Source: Leptolyngbyaceae cyanobacterium
GTDB lineage: Bacteria; Cyanobacteriota; Cyanobacteriia; Phormidesmidales; Phormidesmidaceae
Length of the DNA stretch: 64,000 nt
Direction of reading: 5' to 3'
NCBI GenBank assembly: GCA_965263355.1
Contig: CBDHHL010000056.1
Location: forward strand, 1,600,001-1,664,000
Shown here piece after piece: positions 51,780 through 62,664 of the stretch; the first letter of the stretch is position 1; each line of letters opens with the position of its first letter. The position numbers and the translations under genes are program-made. The notes under the pieces were generated by a model that saw nothing but the letters and a program-made list of their open reading frames with translations, made no database searches and was not told the DNA's origin.

Positions 51780-52145
51780 CTATTCTTCTTCGCTAGCTGC
51801 AGGGCTATCATCTGCAGTAATCGTTTTGCCACCAATATTGATCGAGTCAATCATTAGACGGGTCAGTTCTTGACGATGGCCACGCTTTTTACGGGTTTTC
51901 TTCTTCGGCTTCATCTTGTAGACGATCACCTTTTTACCCCGTAGGTGGCTGACCACGGTACCGCTGACACTAGCTCCATCGACCAGGGGCTGACCAATGC
52001 TAGTTTCACCATCATCATTAACGAGTAAAACCTTGTCTATGGTAATACTGGTATCTTCATCAACTGCCAGACGGTTAATATCGTAAAAGCGACCAGGCTC
52101 CACGCGTAGCTGAGTGCCACTCGCTTCAATAATTGCGTATGCCAT
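51780..52145 (-). CDS. rplU: 50S ribosomal protein L21
   Basis: [33 protein letters not shown]. Confidence 0.98.
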   Translation of the reverse strand: MAYAIIEASGTQLRVEPGRFYDINRLAVDEDTSITIDKVLLVNDDGETSIGQPLVDGASVSGTVVSHLRGKKVIVYKMKPKKKTRKKRGHRQELTRLMIDSINIGGKTITADDSPAASEEE

Positions 52146-52395
52146 TGTTTCTCCCTTGCCGTACAGGTAGCAATAATTGCTTCAAACCTGATCCGAGCAG
52201 ATTTTTGCACAGACTCTAATAATGGTTAATTGAGGTAGCTGCTGTCAAGGGGAAATTTGAGGCAGTGACTGTTCCTGAAACTGTTTACAGTTTTTGACAT
52301 ACGGCTCTGGAGAAGATTTCGTCCTGATTGCCTGTGGGGCAAGCGTTTTAAGTATGTAACTTCTTCTGTTCCCCATAGGCAAGGAAATCGGTTAC

Positions 52396-53409
52396 ATGTC
52401 AGACCTATTGATGTTGATGGCGCAGTTGACTGCTGCAGAACCTCTTAGCGGTCCAACTCCGGATGCTGACATTGCACCAATGGCAAAAGCAGCTGTCGAT
52501 GCAGCCAGTCAAATTGAACCATCACTGCCTCAACCAACAGTGCAAGGCGATATGGCTCTGGCACCTGAATTTTCACGGGAGATCGCCGCTCGACGTCAGC
52601 AAAAACTGTTACACCTCCAGCAAACTGCCCGTCGCCCTGAACCGACAGCATTTGCAACCACCCCTCGGGCCTTGGCGGTAGCTCGCCGTCAGGTGACTGT
52701 CACTACAGGCCCTAAACCAGTTAGTGGCCCACAGCTGTTTAAACAACGTTGGGCAGCCCTCCAAGCAGGATCACTGTATACCCGCATATCTCCTGATAGT
52801 TTTCATAGTCAATGGTCTAAAGCCACGTACCAACCCACCTACGATGAGTGGAAAGGATTGTTAAAACAGGAAGCAAATGCGATCGCAGCCGGCCAGGGCA
52901 GCAATCGACTCACCGTTGTCATTGGCGACTCCCTCAGCATGTGGTTGCCGCCAGAGTTATTGCCCCATGATCGATTCTGGCTTAACCAGGGCATTTCCGG
53001 TGATACCACTGGCGGTATCTTGAAGCGACTGAACGCTTTCGCTAACACAAACCCTGACACCATTCATCTAATGGCCGGTGTCAACGACCTCAAAAACGGA
53101 GCCAGCGATCATGAAATTTTGACTAACCTCAATCGGATCATGGCACAGCTACGGCAACAGCATCCCCATGCTCGTGTGGTCGTACATTCCATACTGCCTA
53201 CCCGTTGGGAAAATATTCCTAGCCATCGGGTCCGTTCCCTCAACACCCGCATCGCCCAGCTAACCGATTACCATCAGTTAGATTACCTAGACCTGCATCC
53301 TAGTTTTAGTAACCATACCGGTAATCTGCGCCAAGAACTGACCACTGATGGGTTGCATCTTAACCAGTTAGGCTATCAAGTCTGGCAGCTAGCACTATTA
53401 GCGGTATAA
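52396..53409 (+). CDS. SGNH/GDSL hydrolase
   Basis: GDSL, NQGISGD, G.ND, DGLHLN. Confidence 0.92.
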   Translation: MSDLLMLMAQLTAAEPLSGPTPDADIAPMAKAAVDAASQIEPSLPQPTVQGDMALAPEFSREIAARRQQKLLHLQQTARRPEPTAFATTPRALAVARRQVTVTTGPKPVSGPQLFKQRWAALQAGSLYTRISPDSFHSQWSKATYQPTYDEWKGLLKQEANAIAAGQGSNRLTVVIGDSLSMWLPPELLPHDRFWLNQGISGDTTGGILKRLNAFANTNPDTIHLMAGVNDLKNGASDHEILTNLNRIMAQLRQQHPHARVVVHSILPTRWENIPSHRVRSLNTRIAQLTDYHQLDYLDLHPSFSNHTGNLRQELTTDGLHLNQLGYQVWQLALLAV

Positions 53410-53545
53410 ATGTGGACCTACGTATAACAAAATGTACGAATAAACTACGACCAAAGTAAGACAAGGTCATGAACGGTGCTTCCCAACTGACCAATCCGCC
53501 CCGTAGAATATAGGGCCAAGGTCATATTCACTAGTAAGTGCCCAC

Positions 53546-54358
53546 ATGAAAACCTATCTGGCTGCAGCGTTGCAGATGACCAGCGTACCTGACTTGGAGA
53601 AAAATCTCACCCAGGCCGAGGAGCTGATTGACCTCGCCGTTCGTCGTGGAGCTGAGTATATTACGCTACCTGAGAATTTTTCCTTTCTTGGGGATGAAGC
53701 GAGCAAATTAGCCCAGGCGACTGAGATTTGCACCGCCAGTGAACAATTTCTCAAAACCATGGCCCAACGCTATCAGGTCACGCTTTTGGGTGGCGGTTAT
53801 CCGGTGCCTACGGACGATAATCGAGTGTACAACACAGCATTGTTAGTTGAACCCAACGGTAATGTGTTGCTGCGCTATGAAAAGGTTCATTTATTTGATG
53901 TCAATTTACCCGATGGCAATACCTACCAAGAGTCGGCCACCGTTACCTCAGGGCAACAGTTACCATCGATATGTAAGACTCCCAACCTAGGCATTCTGGG
54001 GATTTCTGTTTGCTACGATGTGCGTTTCCCAGAGCTATATCGGCATCTATCCCAGCTAGGTGCAGAAGTTATCACAGTCCCTGCCGCCTTTACGGCCTAC
54101 ACTGGCAAGGACCATTGGCAGGTTTTGCTCCAGGCAAGGGCAATTGAAAACACATGTTATGTCATTGCTCCCGCCCAGACTGGGTTTCATAACAACATTC
54201 GTCAATCCCATGGCCACGCCATGGTTGTTGATCCCTGGGGTATTGTGCTGGCAGATGCTGGGCAAGATGTAGGGATGGCCATTGCTGAAATTACCCCATC
54301 ACGATTGGGGCAAGTCCGCCAGCAAATGCCATCCCTAAACCATCGGGTATTTGTATAA
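53546..54358 (+). CDS. Carbon-nitrogen hydrolase (Nit1/deaminated glutathione amidase-like)
   Basis: LPENF, Y.KVHLFDV, SVCYDVRFPELYR, QARAIEN, SHGHAM..DPWG. Confidence 0.92.
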   Translation: MKTYLAAALQMTSVPDLEKNLTQAEELIDLAVRRGAEYITLPENFSFLGDEASKLAQATEICTASEQFLKTMAQRYQVTLLGGGYPVPTDDNRVYNTALLVEPNGNVLLRYEKVHLFDVNLPDGNTYQESATVTSGQQLPSICKTPNLGILGISVCYDVRFPELYRHLSQLGAEVITVPAAFTAYTGKDHWQVLLQARAIENTCYVIAPAQTGFHNNIRQSHGHAMVVDPWGIVLADAGQDVGMAIAEITPSRLGQVRQQMPSLNHRVFV

Positions 54359-54737
54359 ACCGTATCCACCCTCCAAGACAGTCGTTTTTCTGATGAAGAA
54401 TCTACGGGGTTCAACTGGGCTTGGCCTAGACCATCTGAATTGGATAACTAGTGCAGTGTCAACGCTAAAAATTTACGATTCTGCACTGATGAAGAGTACT
54501 AGCGTCAGCCATGCCCGTAGGGCTATTAGGGTAAAGCGTCACTCTTCATCCCGTTTGATTCTTCACTCTTTACTAGCCTCATCCTAAATCTCAGGCTTGA
54601 CAGACCACTAGCTTCAAAAACGGTGCTAAAAGTGTAATTTTTTTCCTAAAAAAAGGAATGAACCTGCTCGGAATGAGCCAATAGCATCGAGCTAACTCAT
54701 GTAGAGTAAACAGGATACGTCAATTTCTACGGTTCGT

Positions 54738-56150
54738 ATGATCGATATAACCGGCATGCCATCAGGCATATGGAGCAATACGTTTTTATTAGCTGAAGTA
54801 AATGAAGCTGAACTAGGGCCGTTTATTTTAGCCAGCGTGCTGCTTAGTTTAGTTGTTATTTACTTAGCCGCCAAAATCGGTGGTGAGCTTTGTGCTCGGG
54901 TAAATTTGCCATCTGTCCTAGGAGAACTGGTAGGAGGTGTGGTTGTAGGCGTGTCAGCCCTTAACTTGGTCGTTTTTCCCGAGGGAGCTGAGCCCGTCCA
55001 TTCAGTCTTAATGGACTTTGTTCAACTGACTTCTAATTTAGACGCAGATGCACTGCTGGCGATCTTCACGAGCCAGAGTGAAGTCATTTCTGTTTTAGCT
55101 GAAATTGGCGTTGTTATTCTCCTATTTGAAATCGGCTTAGAGTCTGACCTGAAAGAACTGATTCGAGTTGGACCCCAGGCAGCTATTGTGGCCATTGTTG
55201 GTGTGGTTGTACCTTTTGTAACAGGTACTGTCGGGCTGATTGCTATCTTCAATGTAGCCACCATCCCTGCCGTGTTTGCTGGTGCTGCGCTAACAGCAAC
55301 TAGTATCGGGATTACGGCTAAGGTGCTAGCCGAGTTACAAACCCTAAGTTCACGGGAAGGACAGATTATTATTGGGGCAGCTGTGCTCGATGATGTCTTA
55401 GGCATTATTGTTTTAGCAGTTGTAGCCAGTCTGGCTAAAACAGGTGAAATCGAGATCGCCAACGTTATTTTTCTGATTATTGGTGCTGCTGTATTTTTAG
55501 TCGGCTCGATTTTGATTGGGCGATTGCTCAGCCCTCTGTTTGTCAGCCTGGTAGATAACATGCAAACCCGTGGCCAGGTATTAATTAGTTCCCTGGTATT
55601 TGCATTCGTGCTGTCTTACATTGCTGCAGCCATTCAGCTGGAGGCCATTTTAGGCGCGTTTGCCGCCGGGCTGATTTTGGCTGAAACCACTAAACGTAAA
55701 GAGCTAGAAGAACAAATCAGTCCAATTGCTGACATGCTAGTGCCAGTCTTTTTCGTCACCGTGGGTGCCCATACAGATATCGGCGTGCTTAACCCCCTTA
55801 ACCCAGCTAACCGTGAAGGGTTGATTATTGCGTCATTTTTAGTGGTGGTTGCCATCATTGGTAAAGTTGTCACTGGATTTACCGTTTTTGGCCAAGATGG
55901 CATAAACCGTCTGGCCATTGGTGTTGGCATGATTCCTCGAGGCGAAGTTGGCCTGGTTTTTGCGGGGGTAGGTGCAGCTAGCGGCGTCCTGTCGGAATCC
56001 TTAGATGCAGCCATTATTGTTATGGTTATCTTCACAACATTTATAGCGCCACCCTTGCTGCGGATTGTCTTTGATAGTGATGATGATGATCCAAATTGTC
56101 TGACGGATACAGAGACTCCTCAGGTAATGGCAGAGGCGACTACAGACTGA
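54738..56150 (+). CDS. Cation:proton antiporter (CPA2, NhaS3-like)
   Basis: LLFEIGLESD, TATSIGIT, AAVLDDVLG, GMIPRGEVGL. Confidence 0.92.
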   Translation: MIDITGMPSGIWSNTFLLAEVNEAELGPFILASVLLSLVVIYLAAKIGGELCARVNLPSVLGELVGGVVVGVSALNLVVFPEGAEPVHSVLMDFVQLTSNLDADALLAIFTSQSEVISVLAEIGVVILLFEIGLESDLKELIRVGPQAAIVAIVGVVVPFVTGTVGLIAIFNVATIPAVFAGAALTATSIGITAKVLAELQTLSSREGQIIIGAAVLDDVLGIIVLAVVASLAKTGEIEIANVIFLIIGAAVFLVGSILIGRLLSPLFVSLVDNMQTRGQVLISSLVFAFVLSYIAAAIQLEAILGAFAAGLILAETTKRKELEEQISPIADMLVPVFFVTVGAHTDIGVLNPLNPANREGLIIASFLVVVAIIGKVVTGFTVFGQDGINRLAIGVGMIPRGEVGLVFAGVGAASGVLSESLDAAIIVMVIFTTFIAPPLLRIVFDSDDDDPNCLTDTETPQVMAEATTD

Positions 56151-56719
56151 CGTTTTCTAAATTAACAGGCAACCCAGTAGGCCTTGATCCAACCTTGGGC
56201 AGAATCACTTTGATTAATCAAACAGCTTGAGCATTATCGCTGATGTTCATAGGGAATTTTACAAATTAACGTTGGTGCTATCTAAGCCAATGTTTCCATA
56301 GCGTAAGCGTTGGCTGCTGTTTGGGTTTAGGATATTGATTAATTTTTAAAGACAAGCCATTCTGATCCGAAAACCTCATTGGTAGCATCTGGTATCCCTA
56401 GGCTGACAAAAGTCACAGCTCCCAGGAGATCACCTGGCTTAATTCGGGTTCACTAAAATCGAATTTGGCATGAACTGTAAAAAGCAGCTGGGTTTAGCTA
56501 TCATGCGAGCCAATTGGAGTGTCCTGCTGCAGATGCCTTTGGCCATAGCCTACGTCTAAGGCCTTCTGCTGATTGGGTTTGATAACTATGTAGACTTTGT
56601 AAGCCAAAATTCGAAGTTACGTCTTTTAGCTTAAAAGTCTTGTATAAAACTAAAATCTGTCAAAGATCCAACTAAACTCTAAGCAGCGTAAAATACCTAA
56701 TCTAGTAAGCGTCCTTCCC

Positions 56720-57565
56720 ATGGTAAAAATCCTTCGTATGCCCATCCAAACTGGTAAAATTGGTGTTTTTGATAGCGGTGTTGGAGGATTGACAGTATTA
56801 CGGGAGATTATGGCCCATCTCCCTGCCGAATCTTTGCTTTACTTTGGCGATACTGCTCGAGTGCCCTATGGCAATCGCTCTCAAGCAGAACTATTGAGGT
56901 TTGTGCGAGAAATTATCACTTGGATGCAGGGTCAAGGCGTCAAAATGGTGGTGATGGCCTGTAATACCAGTTCAGCCCTAGCGTTAGAGACGGTGCAGGC
57001 TGAGTTTGATTTACCTATTCTTGGAATTATTTTGCCGGGAGCACGGGCGGCGGCTAAAGTAGGGCAGCGTATTGGTGTGATTTCTACCGTGGCAACTGCC
57101 AAAAGTGATGCCTACAAGCAGGCTATTTTAGAGGCGTCACCAACGGCTGACGTTTGGCAGGTCGGTTGCCCTAATTTTGTTCCTTTAATTGAGCAAAATC
57201 GTATTGATGATCCTTATACGCGGGCTGTGGCCATAGATTACTTAAAGCCCCTGATGGCAGCTAATATTGATACATTGGTGTATGGCTGCACCCACTATCC
57301 TCATCTCGCGCCGTTAATGGCACAAATTTTGCCGCCCTCGATTAAAGTGGTTAATCCAGCTAAGTCTTTGGTTGCTGCCATGGCTCAGGAGTTGGATGTG
57401 CTGGGTTTACGGAATAATCAAGCAAAGCCAAACATTGATTTTTATGTCAGTGGCGATCCAGACAAGTTTGCTGAGGTTTCTGGGCAGTTGATGGGATTTA
57501 CGCCTCAGGTACAGTCGGTTAGTTTGGCAGTGTTGGAGGGACTTGCGATCGCACAGTCTGTCTAG
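56720..57565 (+). CDS. murI: Glutamate racemase
   Basis: FDSGVGGLTV, GDTARVPYG, ACNTSSA, GCTHYP. Confidence 0.97.
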   Translation: MVKILRMPIQTGKIGVFDSGVGGLTVLREIMAHLPAESLLYFGDTARVPYGNRSQAELLRFVREIITWMQGQGVKMVVMACNTSSALALETVQAEFDLPILGIILPGARAAAKVGQRIGVISTVATAKSDAYKQAILEASPTADVWQVGCPNFVPLIEQNRIDDPYTRAVAIDYLKPLMAANIDTLVYGCTHYPHLAPLMAQILPPSIKVVNPAKSLVAAMAQELDVLGLRNNQAKPNIDFYVSGDPDKFAEVSGQLMGFTPQVQSVSLAVLEGLAIAQSV

Positions 57566-57626
57566 CAGGTATCCATCTAGCAGACCAGCGACATGCTTCA
57601 ATAACGATATTGTCATATCAAAAGGA

Positions 57627-57653
57627 AAAGGGTGCATCAATGATGCACCCTTT
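57627..57653. terminator. Bidirectional terminator-like palindrome
   Basis: AAAGGGTGCATCA-A-TGATGCACCCTTT between convergent genes. Confidence 0.7.
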
Positions 57654-57687
57654 CCACTTAAATAAGCGAGTTGGTTTAACCTATGGC

Positions 57688-58641
57688 CTAGCTAGCCAAT
57701 ACGGCTAAGACCTTATCGTGGATTTCACCATTGCTGACCACCACACCCTCGGTATCCACAAAGCGGGGCTCTTTGGAAAAGTCCAAGGTTTTTCCATGCA
57801 TATCAGTGACTTTACCACCAGCTTCCTCAATCACCAGGACACCAGCGGCATGGTCCCAGATCTTTTCACGATAGCCAGGGTACTTAGGAGAGGGTAAGCG
57901 CAAGTAAAGGACTGCATTGCCAGAGGCAACGGTACCATACTTGGCCTGACTATCCATGCGAATGGCCTCAGTGGTAATGCCAGCGGCCTGGGCGATGCGA
58001 GCATGGAGTTCTTGATCACTGTGGGCCACACTTTCCACAAAGCGGAAGTTGGTGGTATCCGAGGAAGACGTGACGGAAATTTTCTCAGGATTGCTGCCAT
58101 CCATATCCATCATCATGGCCCCTTCCCCACGGACAGCAACAAACAAGATGCCAGACCGACCATTTAGCTCCAGGGCTGGACACCCTAAAACACCAACCTT
58201 TAGATCACCATCTTCTACCAGGGCCAGGGCAACTGCATACTGGTCACCCCGCAAAAAACCTTTAGTGCCATCAATGGGATCTAGAGTCCAATAGCGGGGG
58301 CTGACATCACCATTACCTTGGTCGATCCAGCCAGGAATCTGTTCATCGGTAGCATCAGGTAGAACAGCCTTGACATAGTTAGTCACCTGAGCTAGCCGAG
58401 TCACCATCTCTGGAGTTCTTAAATCATCAGCATCTTCCTCGCCAACGATAGGATCACTAGGGAAAGCCTCCTTCAGCATTTTGCACACGATTGCCTGGGC
58501 CCCAAAATCAGCAACAGTGACCGGACTCTTATCGGATTTCTCAATTGCTTCAGGCACCATCTCGGCCCGTACTTTTTCACATACGGTAGCCGCGGCTTGT
58601 ACAGCTGCGATCGCAATTTCCTTTTCCTTTTCGTAGGCCAT
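57688..58641 (-). CDS. 3'(2'),5'-bisphosphate nucleotidase (HAL2/SAL1-type)
   Basis: K.DKSPVTVADFG.QA, WTLDPIDGTKGFLRG.QYAV, RMDSQAKY, EKIWDHAAG. Confidence 0.92.
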   Translation of the reverse strand: MAYEKEKEIAIAAVQAAATVCEKVRAEMVPEAIEKSDKSPVTVADFGAQAIVCKMLKEAFPSDPIVGEEDADDLRTPEMVTRLAQVTNYVKAVLPDATDEQIPGWIDQGNGDVSPRYWTLDPIDGTKGFLRGDQYAVALALVEDGDLKVGVLGCPALELNGRSGILFVAVRGEGAMMMDMDGSNPEKISVTSSSDTTNFRFVESVAHSDQELHARIAQAAGITTEAIRMDSQAKYGTVASGNAVLYLRLPSPKYPGYREKIWDHAAGVLVIEEAGGKVTDMHGKTLDFSKEPRFVDTEGVVVSNGEIHDKVLAVLAS

Positions 58642-58759
58642 AGTAATAACGATAAAGATTTAATAAAACGTAAGACGATTACCCGTACAGTCTACCGAAC
58701 CATCCTGAGGTTCTCAGTAGAGAATCTATGAATTTATCTAGAAAAATTCATAGTTTTGG

Positions 58760-59608
58760 TTAGCGATACTGGGCCATCCAACTACGGGTACCAAAATGCT
58801 GGCAGCTAACACTAGCCACTCGACTCGCTGCCGCTAGAGCAGCTGGAAAGTCTCCTGTCCAAGCATGGCAAAAGGCCCCATGGAAAATATCCCCTGCGCC
58901 GAGGGTGTCTACGACCTTAGTTGCTGGCACCGCTAGTTCGCTCACATGGCCCTGATCGCTAACTAATATTGGCCGCTCACCATGGGTGATGGCAATGTAA
59001 GGAATTTCTAGGCCTTGCAGGTAACTCAACGCATCTTGACCATTGGGCGGTTGAAAATTTGCCGATGCAATCACCACATTGGCTAACGCCAGTACCTGCT
59101 CAAAGCCAGGTTTCCAACTACCGGCATCCACCACCACAGGAATCCCTAAGGGCTTTAAATCCCTGGCGATCTGCTGCCCAAGAACCATTTGATGGCCATC
59201 CACCAACACGACATCAATGTCCGTCAGAAAATCCGTTAGATTGACAACTTGGGGGTCTACTTGTAAGCCAACCGCGTTCCTCGAAATCACAGCCCGTTCC
59301 CCTGAGGCTTGGGACACCACAATTGAGGAAATCGGGGGTGGGGTCTGCCGTTGAGGGGTTAAATCCTCAATGCTTACTCCCACTTGAGCCATATCTTCTC
59401 GCAGTAGCGTTGTAACGGGATGTTGCCCCACGGCAGCCATCACGGTTGCGCGACCACCCAATGCCGCCAATGCCACTGCTGCATTCGTGGCCGGTCCCCC
59501 TGCTGCCATCATTGCGGTGTCGGCCACCAGTTTTTCATTCGCCTGGGGTGGTCGCTGCGCCTGATAGATGCAGTCAAGGGTCATAAGGCCAACAAATAGT
59601 CCATTCAT
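58760..59608 (-). CDS. PfkB-family carbohydrate kinase
   Basis: GGPATNAA, VDTLGAGDIFHG. Confidence 0.92.
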   Translation of the reverse strand: MNGLFVGLMTLDCIYQAQRPPQANEKLVADTAMMAAGGPATNAAVALAALGGRATVMAAVGQHPVTTLLREDMAQVGVSIEDLTPQRQTPPPISSIVVSQASGERAVISRNAVGLQVDPQVVNLTDFLTDIDVVLVDGHQMVLGQQIARDLKPLGIPVVVDAGSWKPGFEQVLALANVVIASANFQPPNGQDALSYLQGLEIPYIAITHGERPILVSDQGHVSELAVPATKVVDTLGAGDIFHGAFCHAWTGDFPAALAAASRVASVSCQHFGTRSWMAQYR

Positions 59609-59685
59609 GGAAAACGCTAATAAGGGGGCCGAGCAAAGTAGATTTTTAATGGCTTTATACCTCTACTGGATAGAGTGACTAACCC

Positions 59686-60042
59686 TCAGTTGCTCTCAGG
59701 TTTCTCCTGGAGGAATCTTTCTAAACTATCTAAAAGTTTAGGTAACTCATTCTGCGCTATGTTCCACAGAACCTCATGGTCAACATATTCATATCGATGA
59801 GCAATGATATTTCTTAAGGCAACCGTATTACGCCAGTCTATTTCAGGATGTTCCTGCTGAAACTGCCTTGATATTCTTCGGCATGCTTCTCCCAAAATTT
59901 CAAAATTACGTTCGACTACCCGTTGTATCCAAAGCGTTTCTAGGTAAGTACTTTCACAGAAGCCAGCTGTAAACTGCTGTATTTCTCGAATCGCTTCAGT
60001 CATATCCCAGATAGAAGCATAATCTCGCTTATTTTCGCTCAT
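59686..60042 (-). CDS. HepT-like HEPN RNase toxin (DUF86)
   Basis: VERNFEILGEA, P.IDWR, RNIIAHRY (RX4HXY). Confidence 0.9.
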   Translation of the reverse strand: MSENKRDYASIWDMTEAIREIQQFTAGFCESTYLETLWIQRVVERNFEILGEACRRISRQFQQEHPEIDWRNTVALRNIIAHRYEYVDHEVLWNIAQNELPKLLDSLERFLQEKPESN

Positions 60043-60400
60043 ATATAACGCGATTCGTTTTTAAGATCTCTGCACGGCGATAAGGATTTTTAAGCAGGTG
60101 CTTTCGTACTAAATCAACTTTGCGCTTAAAGAGCTTTTCAGAGGTTTCTTGTAGATCTAACCACATGGGCCACGTTAGTTTTTGGTCTGGAGAAAATCTA
60201 ATTAGCAGATCCACATCGCTTGGGTTGTCACCGCCTGGGCGAAAGTCATCTCGTAAGACTGAACCAAATACCCCTAGCTCAACGATGCCAAACTGCTCAC
60301 AGAATTTGACTATTTGGTCGTAGTCCACCTGCAAACGGTCTTTCAGAATATCTAATACTGATTTTTCTAATACTGAGCGTTCGGAATCAGTACCGTCCAT
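60029..60400 (-). CDS. MntA-like minimal nucleotidyltransferase antitoxin
   Basis: FGSVLRDDF...SDVDLL, LF.RKVDLV, NPYRR.EIL; AGGAG RBS before ATG 60400; overlaps the toxin start. Confidence 0.9.
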   Translation of the reverse strand: MDGTDSERSVLEKSVLDILKDRLQVDYDQIVKFCEQFGIVELGVFGSVLRDDFRPGGDNPSDVDLLIRFSPDQKLTWPMWLDLQETSEKLFKRKVDLVRKHLLKNPYRRAEILKTNRVIYERK

Positions 60401-60521
60401 GGCAGCTGCGACTCCTTTTTCGTAACAACGGCCTTTTAAGCGATCAGGCTTCACAAAATCGTAAACCTTATCCTATTTCAATTGTATGGTTAGGGCAGAC
60501 TCTCTGTAATTAATATCGATT

Positions 60522-61370
60522 TTGTCTACTGTTGGTACGCTTTACCTGGTTGCCACCCCCATTGGCAACCTTGAGGACATTACGTTTAGGGCTGTTCGCA
60601 TCCTGCAAGACGCAGACCTAATCGCAGCGGAAGATACGCGGCACACGGGAAAGCTACTGCATCATTACCAGATTGCGACACCGCAAATCAGCTATCACGA
60701 GCATAATGCTCAGTCGCGCATACCCCAGCTGATTGAAAAATTACAAGCGGGACAAACGATTGCTTTAGTTAGCGATGCGGGTATGCCTGGGATTTCCGAT
60801 CCGGGGTATGAACTGGTATGTGCCTGTGCTGAAGCAGGGATCATCGTGAGTCCGATTCCGGGACCGGCAGCGGTGGTCAGTGCGATCGCAGCCTCCGCCC
60901 TACCTTCCGATCGATTTACCTTTGAGGGATTTTTACCCGTCAAAGGCAAGGTGCGGACTGAACGGCTGACTCAATTAACTACAGAACCTCGTACCATGGT
61001 GCTCTATGAAAGTCCGCATCGATTACTCAAAACCTTGACTGATATACAAACCTATTTGGGGAGGGAGCGCCGGGTAACTATAGCGCGAGAACTAACCAAA
61101 CGGTATGAGGAATTTTGGCGCGGTACGGTGGCGGAAGCGATTGAATATTTTACGACAACTGAGCCCAGGGGAGAGTTTACGGTTGCGATCGCGGGCTATA
61201 TTGCTCAAACTCAAACTCTCTCTAAAACCGTTCTAATTGAGCAATTAGAGACTCTCATCGCCCAAGGGCTCTCCCCGTCCAAAGCGAGTCGACAGCTTGC
61301 CCAAGACATAGGTCTCTCCAAACGGGAGATTTATCAGCTCAGTCTGACAATGAAACAAGAAGAGGAATAA
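60522..61370 (+). CDS. rsmI: 16S rRNA (cytidine1402-2'-O)-methyltransferase
   Basis: LYLVATPIGNLEDIT.RA, AEDTRHT, SDAGMPGISDPG, FEGFLP, YESPHR, ARELTK..EE. Confidence 0.96.
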   Translation: MSTVGTLYLVATPIGNLEDITFRAVRILQDADLIAAEDTRHTGKLLHHYQIATPQISYHEHNAQSRIPQLIEKLQAGQTIALVSDAGMPGISDPGYELVCACAEAGIIVSPIPGPAAVVSAIAASALPSDRFTFEGFLPVKGKVRTERLTQLTTEPRTMVLYESPHRLLKTLTDIQTYLGRERRVTIARELTKRYEEFWRGTVAEAIEYFTTTEPRGEFTVAIAGYIAQTQTLSKTVLIEQLETLIAQGLSPSKASRQLAQDIGLSKREIYQLSLTMKQEEE

Positions 61371-61383
61371 TTGTTGGAATATA

Positions 61384-61417
61384 TTTGTAGGGGCGTTGCA
61401 TGCAACGCCCCTACAAA
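61384..61417. repeat. Perfect 34-bp GTAG-type REP palindrome
   Basis: TTTGTAGGGGCGTTGCA|TGCAACGCCCCTACAAA. Confidence 0.85.
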
Positions 61418-61435
61418 GGACGGATTTCCTGGGTT

Positions 61436-61936
61436 CTATCGTTCTGGCATTGCCAACCACGCTTCCCAACTCAAATCTCGCCCTGGAAACGCCACCGACT
61501 CAAATGGCCATGTATCGCCTAGCCATTGTCTAACAGCGGCTAATAAACGCTCTTCTAGGCCACTAGCTAATTCACTCTGACGGACCCATAACAGGGCATA
61601 GGCATCATACCCTTGACGCTCGGAGGGATAAAAATATACACAGCCCAGACAGCGACTTTCATCCAAACTCATCATAGTGTAAGCAAAGGACGTGCGCCGT
61701 TGAAATTCCTTTTGGTGCCAGCCTAGATCGATTAAGTCTTGCTCTAAGGTCAAACCATCTGGCCAGATGCTAGGCGGCGGAAAAATGCCCTTAAGATGCT
61801 CATCACTAGTGATGACCGCATCAAAGTCTTTCACCACATCATTAACCGTTAGCATACGCAAACGGTACTCTTCGGTTTCAAATACGGCTGGCACATCAAA
61901 ATCTGGCGGCACAAAGGAGGCAGTTAAGAAACCCAC
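61436..61936 (-). CDS. GNAT/RimJ-like acetyltransferase fold protein
   Basis: RLRML...D...DFDAV, SFAYT.M..DE..CLGCVY.YP, WVR.SE, WPF..V..PGR. Confidence 0.7.
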   Translation of the reverse strand: MGFLTASFVPPDFDVPAVFETEEYRLRMLTVNDVVKDFDAVITSDEHLKGIFPPPSIWPDGLTLEQDLIDLGWHQKEFQRRTSFAYTMMSLDESRCLGCVYFYPSERQGYDAYALLWVRQSELASGLEERLLAAVRQWLGDTWPFESVAFPGRDLSWEAWLAMPER

Positions 61937-61937
61937 G

Positions 61938-62567
61938 TTAAAATCCTTGCTTGAGTACTTTTAGGATTTGTAGCACGGTGTAGAGCTGATTTTGAGATTG
62001 CCGAAATAATGAAAAGTCATCAGACATTGCATAGATTGGCGTTGGAGTTTTAAGTAGCTTAATAAATAAAAAAGCATCCCCATTGGTAACCATGGCAAAG
62101 ACGGGAGCGTTGGTTTGCGGACTCGCCATCATGTAAGCCAACGCTTGGGGAATAGCACTAGAAAACGAAAATTTAGCCTGCTTAGACTCGACTAAAACTA
62201 TCCATAGCTGGTCTTGTAGCGTTAAGGCATCAATCCGTCCACGCAGAGTTAACGCTCCTTCCTCAGCGGTAATGTCTACCGTTGTTTCAGCTCTCAATTT
62301 GAAGGGAGGATCACAAAGATGACTGAGATATAACAATGGAGAAACCAACAGAAGATTAATAGTGCTTTCCGTTAACGGCCCTTCCAAGCTGTTGTGTTCA
62401 TAACTGCGCTTGATCCGGTCACAGCTAGCTTCTTCGGCGGTTGTTAGTATCGGCAGATCGGTATACCACTCAGTGAAAAACTGACGATCCATTGACCGGA
62501 CCAGGCCAAAGCTTTCCTCTGCCTGTTTGATTGATGTAATCGCTTCAGTAACCGCCAGTGTCACCAT
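61938..62567 (-). CDS. Type I restriction HsdR N-terminal-like PD-(D/E)XK protein (stand-alone)
   Basis: LRGRID.L......LVESK, AIPQALAYM, TNG..FLFIKL. Confidence 0.75.
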   Translation of the reverse strand: MVTLAVTEAITSIKQAEESFGLVRSMDRQFFTEWYTDLPILTTAEEASCDRIKRSYEHNSLEGPLTESTINLLLVSPLLYLSHLCDPPFKLRAETTVDITAEEGALTLRGRIDALTLQDQLWIVLVESKQAKFSFSSAIPQALAYMMASPQTNAPVFAMVTNGDAFLFIKLLKTPTPIYAMSDDFSLFRQSQNQLYTVLQILKVLKQGF

Positions 62568-62664
62568 AGGAACTCGATCTAAAAATTTTTCAAAGCTAAA
62601 TGCCCGAATTCGTTAATGATGGCATGGTTAGCCGATTTCAGGTTCGCGGACCTAGCGATCCTGA

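Noticed and set aside
61938..62567. Type I restriction-modification system
   Set aside because: Only a short nuclease-like domain; no hsdM, hsdS or helicase part
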